Shown here one piece after another: positions 18,446 to 28,381 of a DNA stretch of 45,171 nt. Source of the stretch: a virus (lineage: Duplodnaviria; Caudoviricetes); IMG/VR virus record IMGVR_UViG_3300022697_000044, positions 1 through 45,171 of that record. One strand, given 5' to 3'. Position numbers and translations under genes: made by a program. How positions within the stretch are numbered: position 1 is the stretch's first letter; each line of letters begins with the position of its first letter. Under the pieces are notes generated by a model. The model saw only the letters and a program-made list of their open reading frames with translations. It did no database searches and was not told where the DNA came from.

Positions 18446-21400
18446 TGCCAATCAATAATCAAGATACTATACTCGCCGGACTACAGCTTAACCAAGATAC
18501 TCATGGCAATTTCCTAACGGATGCGGTTAGTAGTCCGCAGGCCGCAGTAGGCGCAGTGGAAGCAGTAGCTGCAGACGTAGGGTTCTCCTTCTATAATTTG
18601 GCGGCAGCTGTATCGCCACTGCCCAATATCCCAGAGGACAAAGTGGTAGGGTTACTAGCAGGATTAGGATTAAATGATGCGGCCAGCTATACGCAAAACC
18701 ACCCAGATGCTGTACACTTGGCAGGACTAGTAGCGGGTAGCTGGAATATTGGTAACCTGGGAGCCAAGCTTACATTAAAGTTAGCCCAAAGGGGAGAGAT
18801 ACTAGCCACAGATAGTGGGGCTATGATCAGCAAGACAATGGCCAAGAAGCAAGCGGTTAAAGACATACTAGAGCACGCTAATACGGGCAGTGCTGAATTG
18901 AAACTGGCTATTAAAGAGGCCCGGACGAGTGCTAGGATTGATGGGGCTATTGGAGGCATAGGTAATATTGCCGCCGGAGACCTTGCTATGAGTCAATCCT
19001 TTGCTCTGCAGGATGCCACGCCTACTGATTATGCACTAAGCCTAGTCGTCGGTGGCGCAGGTGGTGCATTCCTAGGTGCAGTACCTAAGATTCTAAAGGA
19101 TGTGAAAGTACTTACAGGGGGTGTAGCGCAGGAAGACTACCAACTCATAAGGGAGAATACGGCTAGAATACCTGTCCAGTTGAAGGGTTCCATAGGAGAA
19201 GCTACCTATATTAAAGCCACGGATACTGCATTACAGGGAAAACTACCAGAACTAAATGAGAGGCAAGCCAGCATAGTTAAGCAGCAGACGCGTATCCACC
19301 AGTCCCAGATTATTGACCTAGTGCATAGTAATACGGCGAAGGCATTATTACCTGTTCGTGGTGAGGCTAGGAATAATCCTAATGTATATGACTTCGCAGG
19401 TAACTTGCAGAGAGCGCTGGTAGATGGCGTGGATAACATGGCCGCAGTGGCGGGGGTACGAAAAGTAAAGGTATATAATCCTGACCTACATGTGGCCTTA
19501 GGGGATGATCACATAGGTGAGTTAGCCCTACAGCATGAAATCAGTAGCCCAGCCATGAAGAATCTAACCGATATGATTACTGGCTTACAGCGTAGTGGGC
19601 AGTGGAACTTCGTAAGGAATGAGACGGTTAAGCAATTAGCTAAGCAGCTTAAGATTCCAGAGGTGGCGGTAGACCAGGCCGAGAAACTATTGAACTCTTC
19701 TATTATAGATACCCGCACTGGCATGGTGCATGACCTGGTGGAGGGACAGAAAATCGCCACCGCTCAAGACTTAGGCATTAAGAGTGTGGTGAAGGGGGAG
19801 GGTATTAGTGCGGGACAGCAGCAGTATAATAACCTGCAGGAACTACGAAAGGGGGCTAGAACTTTAAACGGTAGCCAATTCATACGCGTAGAGGACATAC
19901 AGAAAGCTGATTTCAGTACTGTGCTAGGATATAAGGCAGTATTGGTACATGGAGGGCTACGGAATGACTTAGCAGCCACCTCCCCGAAGTTACTTAGCGC
20001 AGTTAATACTCGGATAACAAGTGAAGTTCAGAGGTTAAAGGATGCTGGTCAGGGTACTATGGAGATCGCACTAAGGACTCATACGGATTTCAAGAAGCTA
20101 GAGGAGTTAGCATTGAAGGGTAAACTAGAGACACCTTCTGAATTGTTCCTTCCTATGGATAGAGACAGTCTTGAGTTCGCCGATCATAAAGCCCTAGCCG
20201 TACTAGAGGGTGATACTTTCTTAGGGCAGGGTACACTAGAGAGGGCGGCAGCACTAGACCATCAACTTACAGGGAATTTGAATAAGGAGTTCCGAGATAC
20301 GTTCGCTACCAGTAATGAGTCGGAGACAATTAGATCCCTGTGGGAGTATGCTAATGGGGGCGTAGGGGCAGCGATTGAGAAGGGGCTAGCTGATTTGAAT
20401 CCTGCTTTATACCATGATAATACCTTCCTATCCGCTGACATGGCGTATAGACATCAGGGTAAGATAACTAATAATATAGTAGCCTTTGGAGCGCGGGCGT
20501 TAGACATTCTTCATAAGGGGGTTAAGGACACAATGAAACCCTTACATGTGCTGGCCAGTCCCATCCTAGCTAAGCAAGACTTGATAGTGTCCTGGAATAA
20601 GAGTGAGGCAGCACTAAGGTCAGTAGAGCTATTCGGCGAAGATACATTAGCCATCCATGGGAAGCAGCTGGGAGTATTGAATGGTAAGGATTTCACACCC
20701 TTAGAAAATGCTAAAGGGGAACAATTAGGTAACCTACCTTCAGAGGTATTGGACTTCTGGGATAACGTAAGTACGGGACTATCAACAGAGGTAAGGAATC
20801 AGATCAACTTTAACCGTGGTTTGTCTGGTCAATCACCTGCTTTACCACGGGGTATCAAACTCCCTCCTCGCTACATAGCGGATAAACATTTGGCCTATGC
20901 TATTGACCCTACTACAGATGCTGTTACTATGTACCATGCTACTACTCAAGATGGCATAGAAGGGCTAATTAAATCTGCACGTGAGCAATTCCCTGAGCGG
21001 GAGATACTAACCCAAGCCTCCGACTTGGAGAGGTTCAATGTAATACATGACCATGTTAGTGTAGGTATTAGAAAGGTAGCCGACTTCAATCAGCATAAGG
21101 GTAGTACTACATTTGCTTCTGTGAGTGCCACAAAGAATCAACTACAGGCTTTCATGGATGATAGTGTTCAGCACCTTACCAGACTAGGCAGAATGAATAT
21201 GCGCCTAATGAATCCAGAAGCTGTATCTCATCTAAGGTTAATGGATGAATTGAGTAATGGAGGCACTAACCTATATCAGGATTTGGAGAGGACAGCCTTT
21301 GGTGGTAGTGTCCTAGCCCGGCATGATTTAGTGTCCAAAGTTAATGATGTATTTACAGGGTTAATAGATAGAGGATTGAATATACTAGACGGTAACTTCG

Positions 21401-23019
21401 GTCATGGGACTAGATATGTATTCGACAAGGTAGGTAATAAGATACTGCCTAATAGGAATAAGTTATCCACTCATGAGCAGGTGGCTAATATATTCTCGGA
21501 GTTTAGTAAGTCTGGCCTGGACAAGGGACAGTTACCCTGGGCGAATCAGATGGAAGCGTTAGCACAGACCCAGGCATATGAGAAATTAGGTGATAGGGCA
21601 GGGAGTGTAGTAGCAACCAATAACTTCCTAATGGCAGGGCTATCATTACGCTTCATAGATTTAAGTCACGCCCTTGTGACGATGCTTAGTGTGCCACTAA
21701 CCACCATGCCTGAAGCTATGCTGACGGCGGGTAACTTTGCGGGCATGAAGCACATGATGGAAGGAGTATTCAGGGCATATATCCCAGCCTTCCGTGGGGC
21801 TATGAAGAAGATAGAAGAGGCAGGCATTACTAAACCAGAAGTAAGTGAGGCTAATGACTTCCTAGCCAACACCATTGCCAACCCTAAACTGACAGATAGG
21901 ATAGAGAACAACCCTGTATTCCACGCACTTCAGAAGCCAAGCGAGTGGGCGGAAGCTAATAGCCGCAGGGTGGCCGCGGCTACTGCCCATAGTATCTATG
22001 AGGCTAACCATGGTGCAGGCACAGGCGTTAGTGGAGAGGGGTTGGCCTTTATTAGCGCCTTCGTGAAGAGAAGTATGGGCAACTATACTACTGCGCAGCG
22101 CCCTGCGTTATTCCAAGGCACATTCGGTGCAGCTATAGGGCTATTCCAAACCTATGTATGGACTATGGGGCAGATGGCCTTTAGGGGAATAGAAGCGGAT
22201 AGTAAATTACCTCTGGCTACGTTACTTACAGCCCAGACAGCTTCCTTTGGATTGCGTTCTCTTCCCGGCTATGATATACTAAATCACTATGTAGGGACAC
22301 ACTATGGTAATGCGGATAATGTCGATATTACTACTCATATATATGAGGGGGCAGGAAAGAATAGTACGGCGGAGACCTTATTGTATGGGGCAGCCAGCAC
22401 CCTATTAAATACCTCACTATGGACTCGTGGCGTCGTCACTCCTCGGAGTCCCATTACAGTTGATCCTACTACGGGAGGGGTTAGTATTACTCCTGCGGCA
22501 CTGTCCCCCATTATGGATAGTATGAAAGCGATTAAGGATATTGCAGATCGGGTAACGAATGGTGCTACAGTACCAGACAGTATTGCAACCGCATTACAGT
22601 TGCAATCTCTATCCCGCCCCATCGCCCGCGCAGCAGATGTATATATGGGGCATAGTATTGATCAGAGGGGCGGCACAGTAGATCCAGACGCACACTTTAA
22701 GTTTAATCTGGCTACCTTTGCTAGGGCTACTGCTAGCAGGCCATTGCACGAACAGCTAATTCGTGACTTATCCTATCAGCAGAGTTATTATAATAGTGCT
22801 AATAGGGATGCCAAGGGTAAGTTACTTAAAGCATTGCGGGCTAATATTCAGAATGGGAGAGGGCAAGGAGACGCACTGATGCAGTACATGAACCTAGGTG
22901 GTAGCGTATCAGGGTTCAGGTCTGCCCTTAATAAGATTTATATTGAGGATAGGCTAGGCAAGATTGGCACACTGGATGACAGTAGATTGAAACTGGCATT
23001 AGACCAGGGTGTATATTAG
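18445..23019 (+). CDS. Large internal virion/ejection protein
   Basis: 1524 aa, Gly/Ala-rich amphipathic N-terminus and helical C-terminal half; last late gene, as in podovirus ejectosome genes. Confidence 0.65.
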   Translation: MPINNQDTILAGLQLNQDTHGNFLTDAVSSPQAAVGAVEAVAADVGFSFYNLAAAVSPLPNIPEDKVVGLLAGLGLNDAASYTQNHPDAVHLAGLVAGSWNIGNLGAKLTLKLAQRGEILATDSGAMISKTMAKKQAVKDILEHANTGSAELKLAIKEARTSARIDGAIGGIGNIAAGDLAMSQSFALQDATPTDYALSLVVGGAGGAFLGAVPKILKDVKVLTGGVAQEDYQLIRENTARIPVQLKGSIGEATYIKATDTALQGKLPELNERQASIVKQQTRIHQSQIIDLVHSNTAKALLPVRGEARNNPNVYDFAGNLQRALVDGVDNMAAVAGVRKVKVYNPDLHVALGDDHIGELALQHEISSPAMKNLTDMITGLQRSGQWNFVRNETVKQLAKQLKIPEVAVDQAEKLLNSSIIDTRTGMVHDLVEGQKIATAQDLGIKSVVKGEGISAGQQQYNNLQELRKGARTLNGSQFIRVEDIQKADFSTVLGYKAVLVHGGLRNDLAATSPKLLSAVNTRITSEVQRLKDAGQGTMEIALRTHTDFKKLEELALKGKLETPSELFLPMDRDSLEFADHKALAVLEGDTFLGQGTLERAAALDHQLTGNLNKEFRDTFATSNESETIRSLWEYANGGVGAAIEKGLADLNPALYHDNTFLSADMAYRHQGKITNNIVAFGARALDILHKGVKDTMKPLHVLASPILAKQDLIVSWNKSEAALRSVELFGEDTLAIHGKQLGVLNGKDFTPLENAKGEQLGNLPSEVLDFWDNVSTGLSTEVRNQINFNRGLSGQSPALPRGIKLPPRYIADKHLAYAIDPTTDAVTMYHATTQDGIEGLIKSAREQFPEREILTQASDLERFNVIHDHVSVGIRKVADFNQHKGSTTFASVSATKNQLQAFMDDSVQHLTRLGRMNMRLMNPEAVSHLRLMDELSNGGTNLYQDLERTAFGGSVLARHDLVSKVNDVFTGLIDRGLNILDGNFGHGTRYVFDKVGNKILPNRNKLSTHEQVANIFSEFSKSGLDKGQLPWANQMEALAQTQAYEKLGDRAGSVVATNNFLMAGLSLRFIDLSHALVTMLSVPLTTMPEAMLTAGNFAGMKHMMEGVFRAYIPAFRGAMKKIEEAGITKPEVSEANDFLANTIANPKLTDRIENNPVFHALQKPSEWAEANSRRVAAATAHSIYEANHGAGTGVSGEGLAFISAFVKRSMGNYTTAQRPALFQGTFGAAIGLFQTYVWTMGQMAFRGIEADSKLPLATLLTAQTASFGLRSLPGYDILNHYVGTHYGNADNVDITTHIYEGAGKNSTAETLLYGAASTLLNTSLWTRGVVTPRSPITVDPTTGGVSITPAALSPIMDSMKAIKDIADRVTNGATVPDSIATALQLQSLSRPIARAADVYMGHSIDQRGGTVDPDAHFKFNLATFARATASRPLHEQLIRDLSYQQSYYNSANRDAKGKLLKALRANIQNGRGQGDALMQYMNLGGSVSGFRSALNKIYIEDRLGKIGTLDDSRLKLALDQGVY

Positions 23020-23047
23020 TTAGAGGTTGCAGGGGATGGCTGGTGTC

Positions 23048-23365
23048 CTAACTCCCACACTGGTTATCTCCTCCCTCTTTATTAAGACTAAGTACGAACA
23101 TTAGACAGCAGATAGCGTGGGCTAGATGGCTTAGCCCACTCTCTTTATCGTTCTCTTCTCCTGTAGTATAGGCTATCAGATGCCTAAATCCTGCCTGTAC
23201 ATATCTAATTTTCCCCTCTGGTACTTTCTGCCAGTTATCCCTAGCATACTTCTTCTTACCAAATTCAAGTACCTTCACTACCTCTTCCAATGCACCCCAG
23301 GGTAATAGCGTATAGTCCAACTTACCCTCATCATACTTCATTCCCTCTAATTTAGAGCAATCCAT
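23048..23365 (-). CDS. dATP/dGTP diphosphohydrolase domain protein (DUF5664-like)
   Basis: GMKYDEGKLDYTLLP..AL.EV.KVL.FG.KKY..DNW...RHL...D.ESGLSHLAHA signature. Confidence 0.88.
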   Translation of the reverse strand: MDCSKLEGMKYDEGKLDYTLLPWGALEEVVKVLEFGKKKYARDNWQKVPEGKIRYVQAGFRHLIAYTTGEENDKESGLSHLAHAICCLMFVLSLNKEGGDNQCGS

Positions 23366-23368
23366 AGG

Positions 23369-23575
23369 TCAATCTCCTTTGGTATGGTTAGGCTGTAACT
23401 TAGCTCGTAATGGATTAGTAATGCGGTCAAGCTTACTAGCCACAGAACCGCCATTAGCAGTGCGATTTTCTCTTGCATATCTTCCCCTTGCTGAGGAGGC
23501 TATATTATCATTATCTAACCGCCTTCTTTTTATTTGTTCACTCATAGCTAGCATTAGCTTATGTCCTTTGTTCAT
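23369..23575 (-). CDS. Small basic hypothetical protein
   Basis: 68 aa, ATGA-coupled to the upstream gene. Confidence 0.6.
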   Translation of the reverse strand: MNKGHKLMLAMSEQIKRRRLDNDNIASSARGRYARENRTANGGSVASKLDRITNPLRAKLQPNHTKGD

Positions 23576-24831
23576 CCTCTACCTCCTAGGACTTCCTCTT
23601 CGTCTGTCAGGAACCCCTTTAGTAATAAGCTATCATCGAAGTAGTCTATTACTTTTCGCTTAGGCAGGAACTTAATCCTGCCCTCTACCTCTACGGTCTG
23701 TATCTTATCTAAGGTCTGTAATCCTCTCAGTATGCAGACGAGATCATTCTGCCCATTCAAATCCTGGGCTACTACTTTCCATAAGTCTAGTAATTCCATA
23801 GGAACATGAGACTTATATAGTGCTTCCATGACGGCATTACTAATGTCACTAAATCTACCCTTGCCAAATTCGCCCAGTGCTAGTGGCATTTTCCTTTCTG
23901 CATAATAGAGTATAGTGTTCGCTGCCAGCACGTTCTCTTTGGTTATTGTAGCCTCTTCCTCCCCCAGTATAGTAATAATACTGCACAGCTTTAACAGGTG
24001 GTCATGCCTCCTAGTCTCATAGCTGGAGAATCGAGGGTCATTCACTGTGACATGGGCTTGATAGATAGTGGAGAGTAGATCTCTAGCCTGAGTTGTGATA
24101 GTGAATTGAAAATCGGGTAGATTCAATATTGTTTTCAGTCTGGCTGTTAGCTTTAGTCCTACGCTACTATCGGTTGGGGCTGGCCAGCTTATCCTTCGTC
24201 CTGTACTATCCCCATAGATTAGCATCAACCTGCTAAGGAATCCTTGCCCTATAATTTCTGGAGGGAAAGCCAAGGAGAAACTGGTGGGGGTAGTACCCCC
24301 CAGTATATTTACAGTAGGTTTATATACACTGGCACTCTTACCAGACTTGATCCTATGTTCATAGTCGTCCTTAACTTCCCAGAGCCGCCCAAGCAGGGTG
24401 ATAAACTCTATATTGTTAATCCCTATGAAGTCTTGAAATTCATCCGATACAATATAGGATTTAGCTATCATCTTACAAGTGCTTTCTAAGGTAGTATCTA
24501 ATAAAGCATCTAGGGATTTGATACCATGGTTCTTTTCCATTAGGTCAGACACAAACTTATCCTTACTCGTCTTGTCCGCGGCAAAGTCCTCGTACCCTGC
24601 ACGCTTTAATAATCCTTTTGCCATGTTTATGCTCACGCTCTTCCTAGTACCTGAGGAGCCAACTAGCATAGTGTACATGGAGGGGTATATTTTGAAGTGC
24701 CCTAGGGGAATGTAGCACTTCCTAGCGAGTGCCGCCCCCACTACAGACAACAGACTCCAACGGTGGAATGCCATTGGAGCCTCGGTTTCTCCCACATACT
24801 GGAAGTAGTCATCAAAGAAATTCCTAGCCAT
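23572..24831 (-). CDS. DUF3987/YfjI-like P-loop ATPase, probable replicative helicase
   Basis: TEAP..FHRW, Walker A GSSGTRKS, Walker B IVSDEF, NILGGTTP, GFLSR; start ATG 24831 overlaps the polymerase stop (TAATG). Confidence 0.75.
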   Translation of the reverse strand: MARNFFDDYFQYVGETEAPMAFHRWSLLSVVGAALARKCYIPLGHFKIYPSMYTMLVGSSGTRKSVSINMAKGLLKRAGYEDFAADKTSKDKFVSDLMEKNHGIKSLDALLDTTLESTCKMIAKSYIVSDEFQDFIGINNIEFITLLGRLWEVKDDYEHRIKSGKSASVYKPTVNILGGTTPTSFSLAFPPEIIGQGFLSRLMLIYGDSTGRRISWPAPTDSSVGLKLTARLKTILNLPDFQFTITTQARDLLSTIYQAHVTVNDPRFSSYETRRHDHLLKLCSIITILGEEEATITKENVLAANTILYYAERKMPLALGEFGKGRFSDISNAVMEALYKSHVPMELLDLWKVVAQDLNGQNDLVCILRGLQTLDKIQTVEVEGRIKFLPKRKVIDYFDDSLLLKGFLTDEEEVLGGRG

Positions 24832-27077
24832 TAGTGACAATCATACCAGCATTCTCCTAGATTACCATCAGTAGGTATTTGCAAAGGGTGATCTGGGTAG
24901 GTGTCAAATGCTACGGGTATATCCATAATCCTTTCCACTTCCCCCCTATACCAATCCGGACTCCGCCCCTCTCTACACTTTCTCTTGATTTGGTATAGTA
25001 TGCTATCATGTATCTGGGCTATGAGTAGGAATTCCCCATTACTAGGTACTTGTAACTGCCAGAAGAGCCTAACAAATGCAGAGTTAATAATGGCTACTGA
25101 TAGGTTCTGTGGTACATGAGCGACCGCCGCACGGAGGGTGTTATCACTTCTAGGGTCGCCGAAGAATATCCTAGTCCAGCCTAGATTACTAACTAATCTA
25201 CCATGCTTGATTAGGTCTAACTGTGTCCTATCATACCAAGGCCTTAGTTGAGTATAGGTATCCCGGTACAGAGCTAGTAAGTAGTTGGCGAATGTGAATA
25301 AGGTTTCATGGTGATCCCTGCCTAGTGCTCTCTGTGCATGTGTTAGAGGGGCAGTACCATAGTCTTTCCTTACGCTGTCTATGAATGTATTCTCTCTCAT
25401 CATATAGTTACTACCATGGATAATCTTTTTAATAATTTGGCGAAGGGGTTTAGCTTCCTCCATAGTAATACCAAAGAATAACTTGCCACATAGTAAATAG
25501 AAATCATCCTCTGATTCTAAGGCGGCTATCAGCTTCCTATCATTGGCAATGTAACCTACACACCTAGCCTCCGACTGACTCTTATCACTCTCTCCCATAA
25601 TATATCCCTTGTCTGGAATTAGGGCGTGCTTCATATAGCCTGGGATATTCTGTGCCTGAGCACCATAGGATTCGTTCTTCTTATTACCCCAGCCGAAGGA
25701 TGATTTATTACATGATAGGCGACCAGTATCTGTACCATCGGGACGGTAACTGTATAGGAGGCGGCCATGAAAGAGGCGAGCGGTATAGTAGGTACTAATG
25801 CTCTTCTTCAGTGTGCGCAGTCGCAAGATGGTATCTATGAATCTACGCAGTACGGTATCCTGCTCCGATAGTTTGGCCATAGTGGTAGCGTCTGTACCCC
25901 CTACCTTACCCTTTACTCTTACTTTCCTTCCATGCAGCGGGCCGTATAGTAAGGCTTGTAGTTGCTTAGGGCTATTTATATTAACCTCCAGCCCACCACA
26001 CATCTTCCAGAAGGTAGTCTCCAATTCCAACACTTCCTCTTCGGCTAGTACTCTAGCCTTCTGCCTCTTGTCTTGTTCAACTAGCATCCCATGCAATCCA
26101 CACCAAATGATAATTGTAGTCAAGGGGAATACCTGTTGGTAATTCGTAATGGCATAGGAGGGATAGCTTTCCATCATTACTTCAAGGGATATTAGAGTAT
26201 TATAACAGTCCAATGCACAATACTTCGCCCTATCCTTGCCTACCATCTGCTTCCAATAACGAGCAATAGGATTATAGAAAGCACTAACGAAAGCCAGCGA
26301 CCGGGGTAGTTCAGAATAGATACAATAAAACAGGTACTCGGTATCATAAATATAATTACGCACAGGTACATGATACCTAGCAAAGAACTGATTATCGTAG
26401 CACCCATTGTGAAAGACTTTTGGCTGTGGTAACGCATTAGCATCTCGTATAAACTCCATTTGTTTAACTGTAATATCCTCACCCATATCTATTATGAATG
26501 CACGCACACTGCCATCCTTCATCCTAGCACAGTAACCTACCATGTCCATATTGATATGCATAGTTGTCTCGATGTCTATGGCTATTAGTACGCTGGCCTT
26601 CAATACACTTAAGCATACATTATAATTAGAATCTGTAACATAAGTAAAAGTATCAATATCTGGTAATCTCGCAATCTTAATCCCATGGAATAGTTTATTG
26701 AAATGCTGCTCCATTACCATACTACCCCAAGGCTTAGTGTGATAGTAATGCAATGGTAGCATAATCATAGTAGGGACAGTAAATCCATCGTGCCAAGTTA
26801 GCATACTGCCTGCCCATACTTCAGGGTCTACTTTTCTAGTCCTACCCAATTCATCCTTTACTACCTCATAAACCACACCCATGTTGGCGATCAGAATATA
26901 GTCCACCTTGAAGTTGGCTACTCTAAGATTGATAGCATTAACCGAGAGTTTGGAGGAGGTAGTTACCATCCTGTCAATGCCCATGCTAGCTAGTAGTTGG
27001 CGGACAGGAGGAATATAGTTACCATCCATCCTGTCATGCAGCACCAGTGCAGTCTTAATAGGTTTAGTTATTGTCAT
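24831..27077 (-). CDS. polA: DNA polymerase family A with 3'-5' exonuclease
   Basis: ExoI IAIDIET, ExoII FHNGCYD, ExoIII YCALD; TGRLS; motif A SDKSQSEAR, motif B RQIIKKIIHGSNY, motif C QIHDS. Confidence 0.93.
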   Translation of the reverse strand: MTITKPIKTALVLHDRMDGNYIPPVRQLLASMGIDRMVTTSSKLSVNAINLRVANFKVDYILIANMGVVYEVVKDELGRTRKVDPEVWAGSMLTWHDGFTVPTMIMLPLHYYHTKPWGSMVMEQHFNKLFHGIKIARLPDIDTFTYVTDSNYNVCLSVLKASVLIAIDIETTMHINMDMVGYCARMKDGSVRAFIIDMGEDITVKQMEFIRDANALPQPKVFHNGCYDNQFFARYHVPVRNYIYDTEYLFYCIYSELPRSLAFVSAFYNPIARYWKQMVGKDRAKYCALDCYNTLISLEVMMESYPSYAITNYQQVFPLTTIIIWCGLHGMLVEQDKRQKARVLAEEEVLELETTFWKMCGGLEVNINSPKQLQALLYGPLHGRKVRVKGKVGGTDATTMAKLSEQDTVLRRFIDTILRLRTLKKSISTYYTARLFHGRLLYSYRPDGTDTGRLSCNKSSFGWGNKKNESYGAQAQNIPGYMKHALIPDKGYIMGESDKSQSEARCVGYIANDRKLIAALESEDDFYLLCGKLFFGITMEEAKPLRQIIKKIIHGSNYMMRENTFIDSVRKDYGTAPLTHAQRALGRDHHETLFTFANYLLALYRDTYTQLRPWYDRTQLDLIKHGRLVSNLGWTRIFFGDPRSDNTLRAAVAHVPQNLSVAIINSAFVRLFWQLQVPSNGEFLLIAQIHDSILYQIKRKCREGRSPDWYRGEVERIMDIPVAFDTYPDHPLQIPTDGNLGECWYDCH

Positions 27078-27343
27078 AGGAATAAGTCCTTATATTCCTG
27101 GCTTAGTTCATGTTGTACTACATAATAGGGTAGTAGTCTATAGTCAGATTCTTCTGCCTTGCGTATCCCACGCTGTACTATACGCCTTATATCGTGAAAT
27201 GCATTTATTATACACTCGGTAGGTAATTCAACTACATCCTGATGCACGGAGGCTACAGGTCTAGTACCGCGAGTAGCAGCTAATGTCTCAGGTGATAAGG
27301 GTAAGGCTATGCGATAGGTTGGAGGTAGTAATCGTCTGCTCAT
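27074..27343 (-). CDS. Hypothetical protein
   Basis: 89 aa, ATGA-coupled on both sides. Confidence 0.7.
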   Translation of the reverse strand: MSRRLLPPTYRIALPLSPETLAATRGTRPVASVHQDVVELPTECIINAFHDIRRIVQRGIRKAEESDYRLLPYYVVQHELSQEYKDLFL

Positions 27344-27507
27344 ACCAGATCACTCTTAGTGGTAATACGACGTTTGATATCCCCTAGTGTCTGTAATGCC
27401 GTAGTAAGACAAGCCTCACATATACAGGACTCTTTAATCTCTAGGCACTTCTTACCCCGTTTACCACATAGGTCACAGGTTGTACTTACTACATAACATA
27501 TTTTCAT
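27340..27507 (-). CDS. 55-aa C4 zinc-finger protein (not in the ORF track)
   Basis: MKICYVVSTTCDLCGKRGKKCLEIKESCICEACLTTALQ...; ATGA overlaps at both ends. Confidence 0.7.
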   Translation of the reverse strand: MKICYVVSTTCDLCGKRGKKCLEIKESCICEACLTTALQTLGDIKRRITTKSDLV

Positions 27508-27890
27508 ATTACCTCCGCGTCTTTAGTAATCTTATCCATTAGTTGCTGTGCATGCTCCTGCAAGTTCATCCTCTTGCCTTCCCTATCTACATACTCAACT
27601 ATACTGAACTTGCAATCCTTGATCAGAGCAATCTTAACAGCGTTGTATTCAAATACGAATGCAGCTAATATTAGGTGCTCTGTCTGTGTTACTGGGCAGA
27701 AGGCATGCTCATAGATGAACTCTCCTAGATCAGGGTGTTTCTTCAGTATGTCCTCTAAGTATATCTTGCCGCTAGCCTCGAAGTCTACGGGACGTTCCAA
27801 GTGTACTACCACGGCATTCTTAACTTGGTCTTGTGGTGGTAATACCCGTTTCTTCTGGCTACCCGTGTCGATTTTTATTACTTTACCCAT
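27504..27890 (-). CDS. Hypothetical protein
   Basis: 128 aa with GAGG RBS. Confidence 0.7.
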   Translation of the reverse strand: MGKVIKIDTGSQKKRVLPPQDQVKNAVVVHLERPVDFEASGKIYLEDILKKHPDLGEFIYEHAFCPVTQTEHLILAAFVFEYNAVKIALIKDCKFSIVEYVDREGKRMNLQEHAQQLMDKITKDAEVI

Positions 27891-27891
27891 G

Positions 27892-28068
27892 TTAATATAA
27901 CCTCGCTCTGAATAGTCTATTCCACTTCACCAGTGGTATCTTACGGTAAGTCTTTCTGTTATATAATTCTACTTTGAATGGGTAGGTTAGTGCAAGATGG
28001 TAATTATGGGAACGGCGATAGCAATTCCTTTGGGCTAGTTTTAACTCCTCATACTTATTCATCTTCAT
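27892..28068 (-). CDS. 58-aa basic hypothetical protein (not in the ORF track)
   Basis: MKMNKYEELKLAQRNCYRR...RLFRARLY*; ATGA-coupled and fills the gap. Confidence 0.55.
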   Translation of the reverse strand: MKMNKYEELKLAQRNCYRRSHNYHLALTYPFKVELYNRKTYRKIPLVKWNRLFRARLY

Positions 28069-28235
28069 TTGAATATCTTACCCACTAGCATTTCCTCTCC
28101 GTTAATAGTAAACTCATGCACCTTGCACGTACCTGTATCCCATATGAATAGTAGTGCAGTCTTTAGGGTCGAGAATGTGTATATACTATTGTCTATCAGT
28201 GTTACTATGCAGTTCTCAGCTTTCTTACTTTCCAT
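28065..28235 (-). CDS. 56-aa hypothetical protein (not in the ORF track)
   Basis: GGGAGG RBS; MESKKAENCIVTLIDN...VGKIFK*. Confidence 0.65.
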   Translation of the reverse strand: MESKKAENCIVTLIDNSIYTFSTLKTALLFIWDTGTCKVHEFTINGEEMLVGKIFK

Positions 28236-28253
28236 AATGCCTCCCTTTAATTA

Positions 28254-28351
28254 TTATTACGTCTGGTGGCTACTGTAGTACCCTAAGGTAATGTCAACGC
28301 ATCCTCCTACATCCTAGTTCAGTCTAGGATTGTAGCCGCCAGACGTAATAA
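28254..28351. other. Intergenic 20-bp inverted repeat with a nested 7-bp hairpin
   Basis: 28254-28273 versus 28332-28351 match at 19/20; ATCCTAG/CTAGGAT at 28311-28330. Confidence 0.75.
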
Positions 28352-28357
28352 GGCTGG

Positions 28358-28381
28358 TTATACACAGAGCCAGCATGCGTT
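28358..28381 (-). promoter_or_regulatory. Conserved 24-bp intergenic motif, copy 1
   Basis: 22/24 identical to 29046-29069. Confidence 0.55.

Noticed and set aside
23048-27077. 2-aminoadenine (Z) or 7-deazaguanine genome system
   Set aside because: No PurZ, DatZ, QueC/D/E, FolE or DpdA-like ORF is recognisable.
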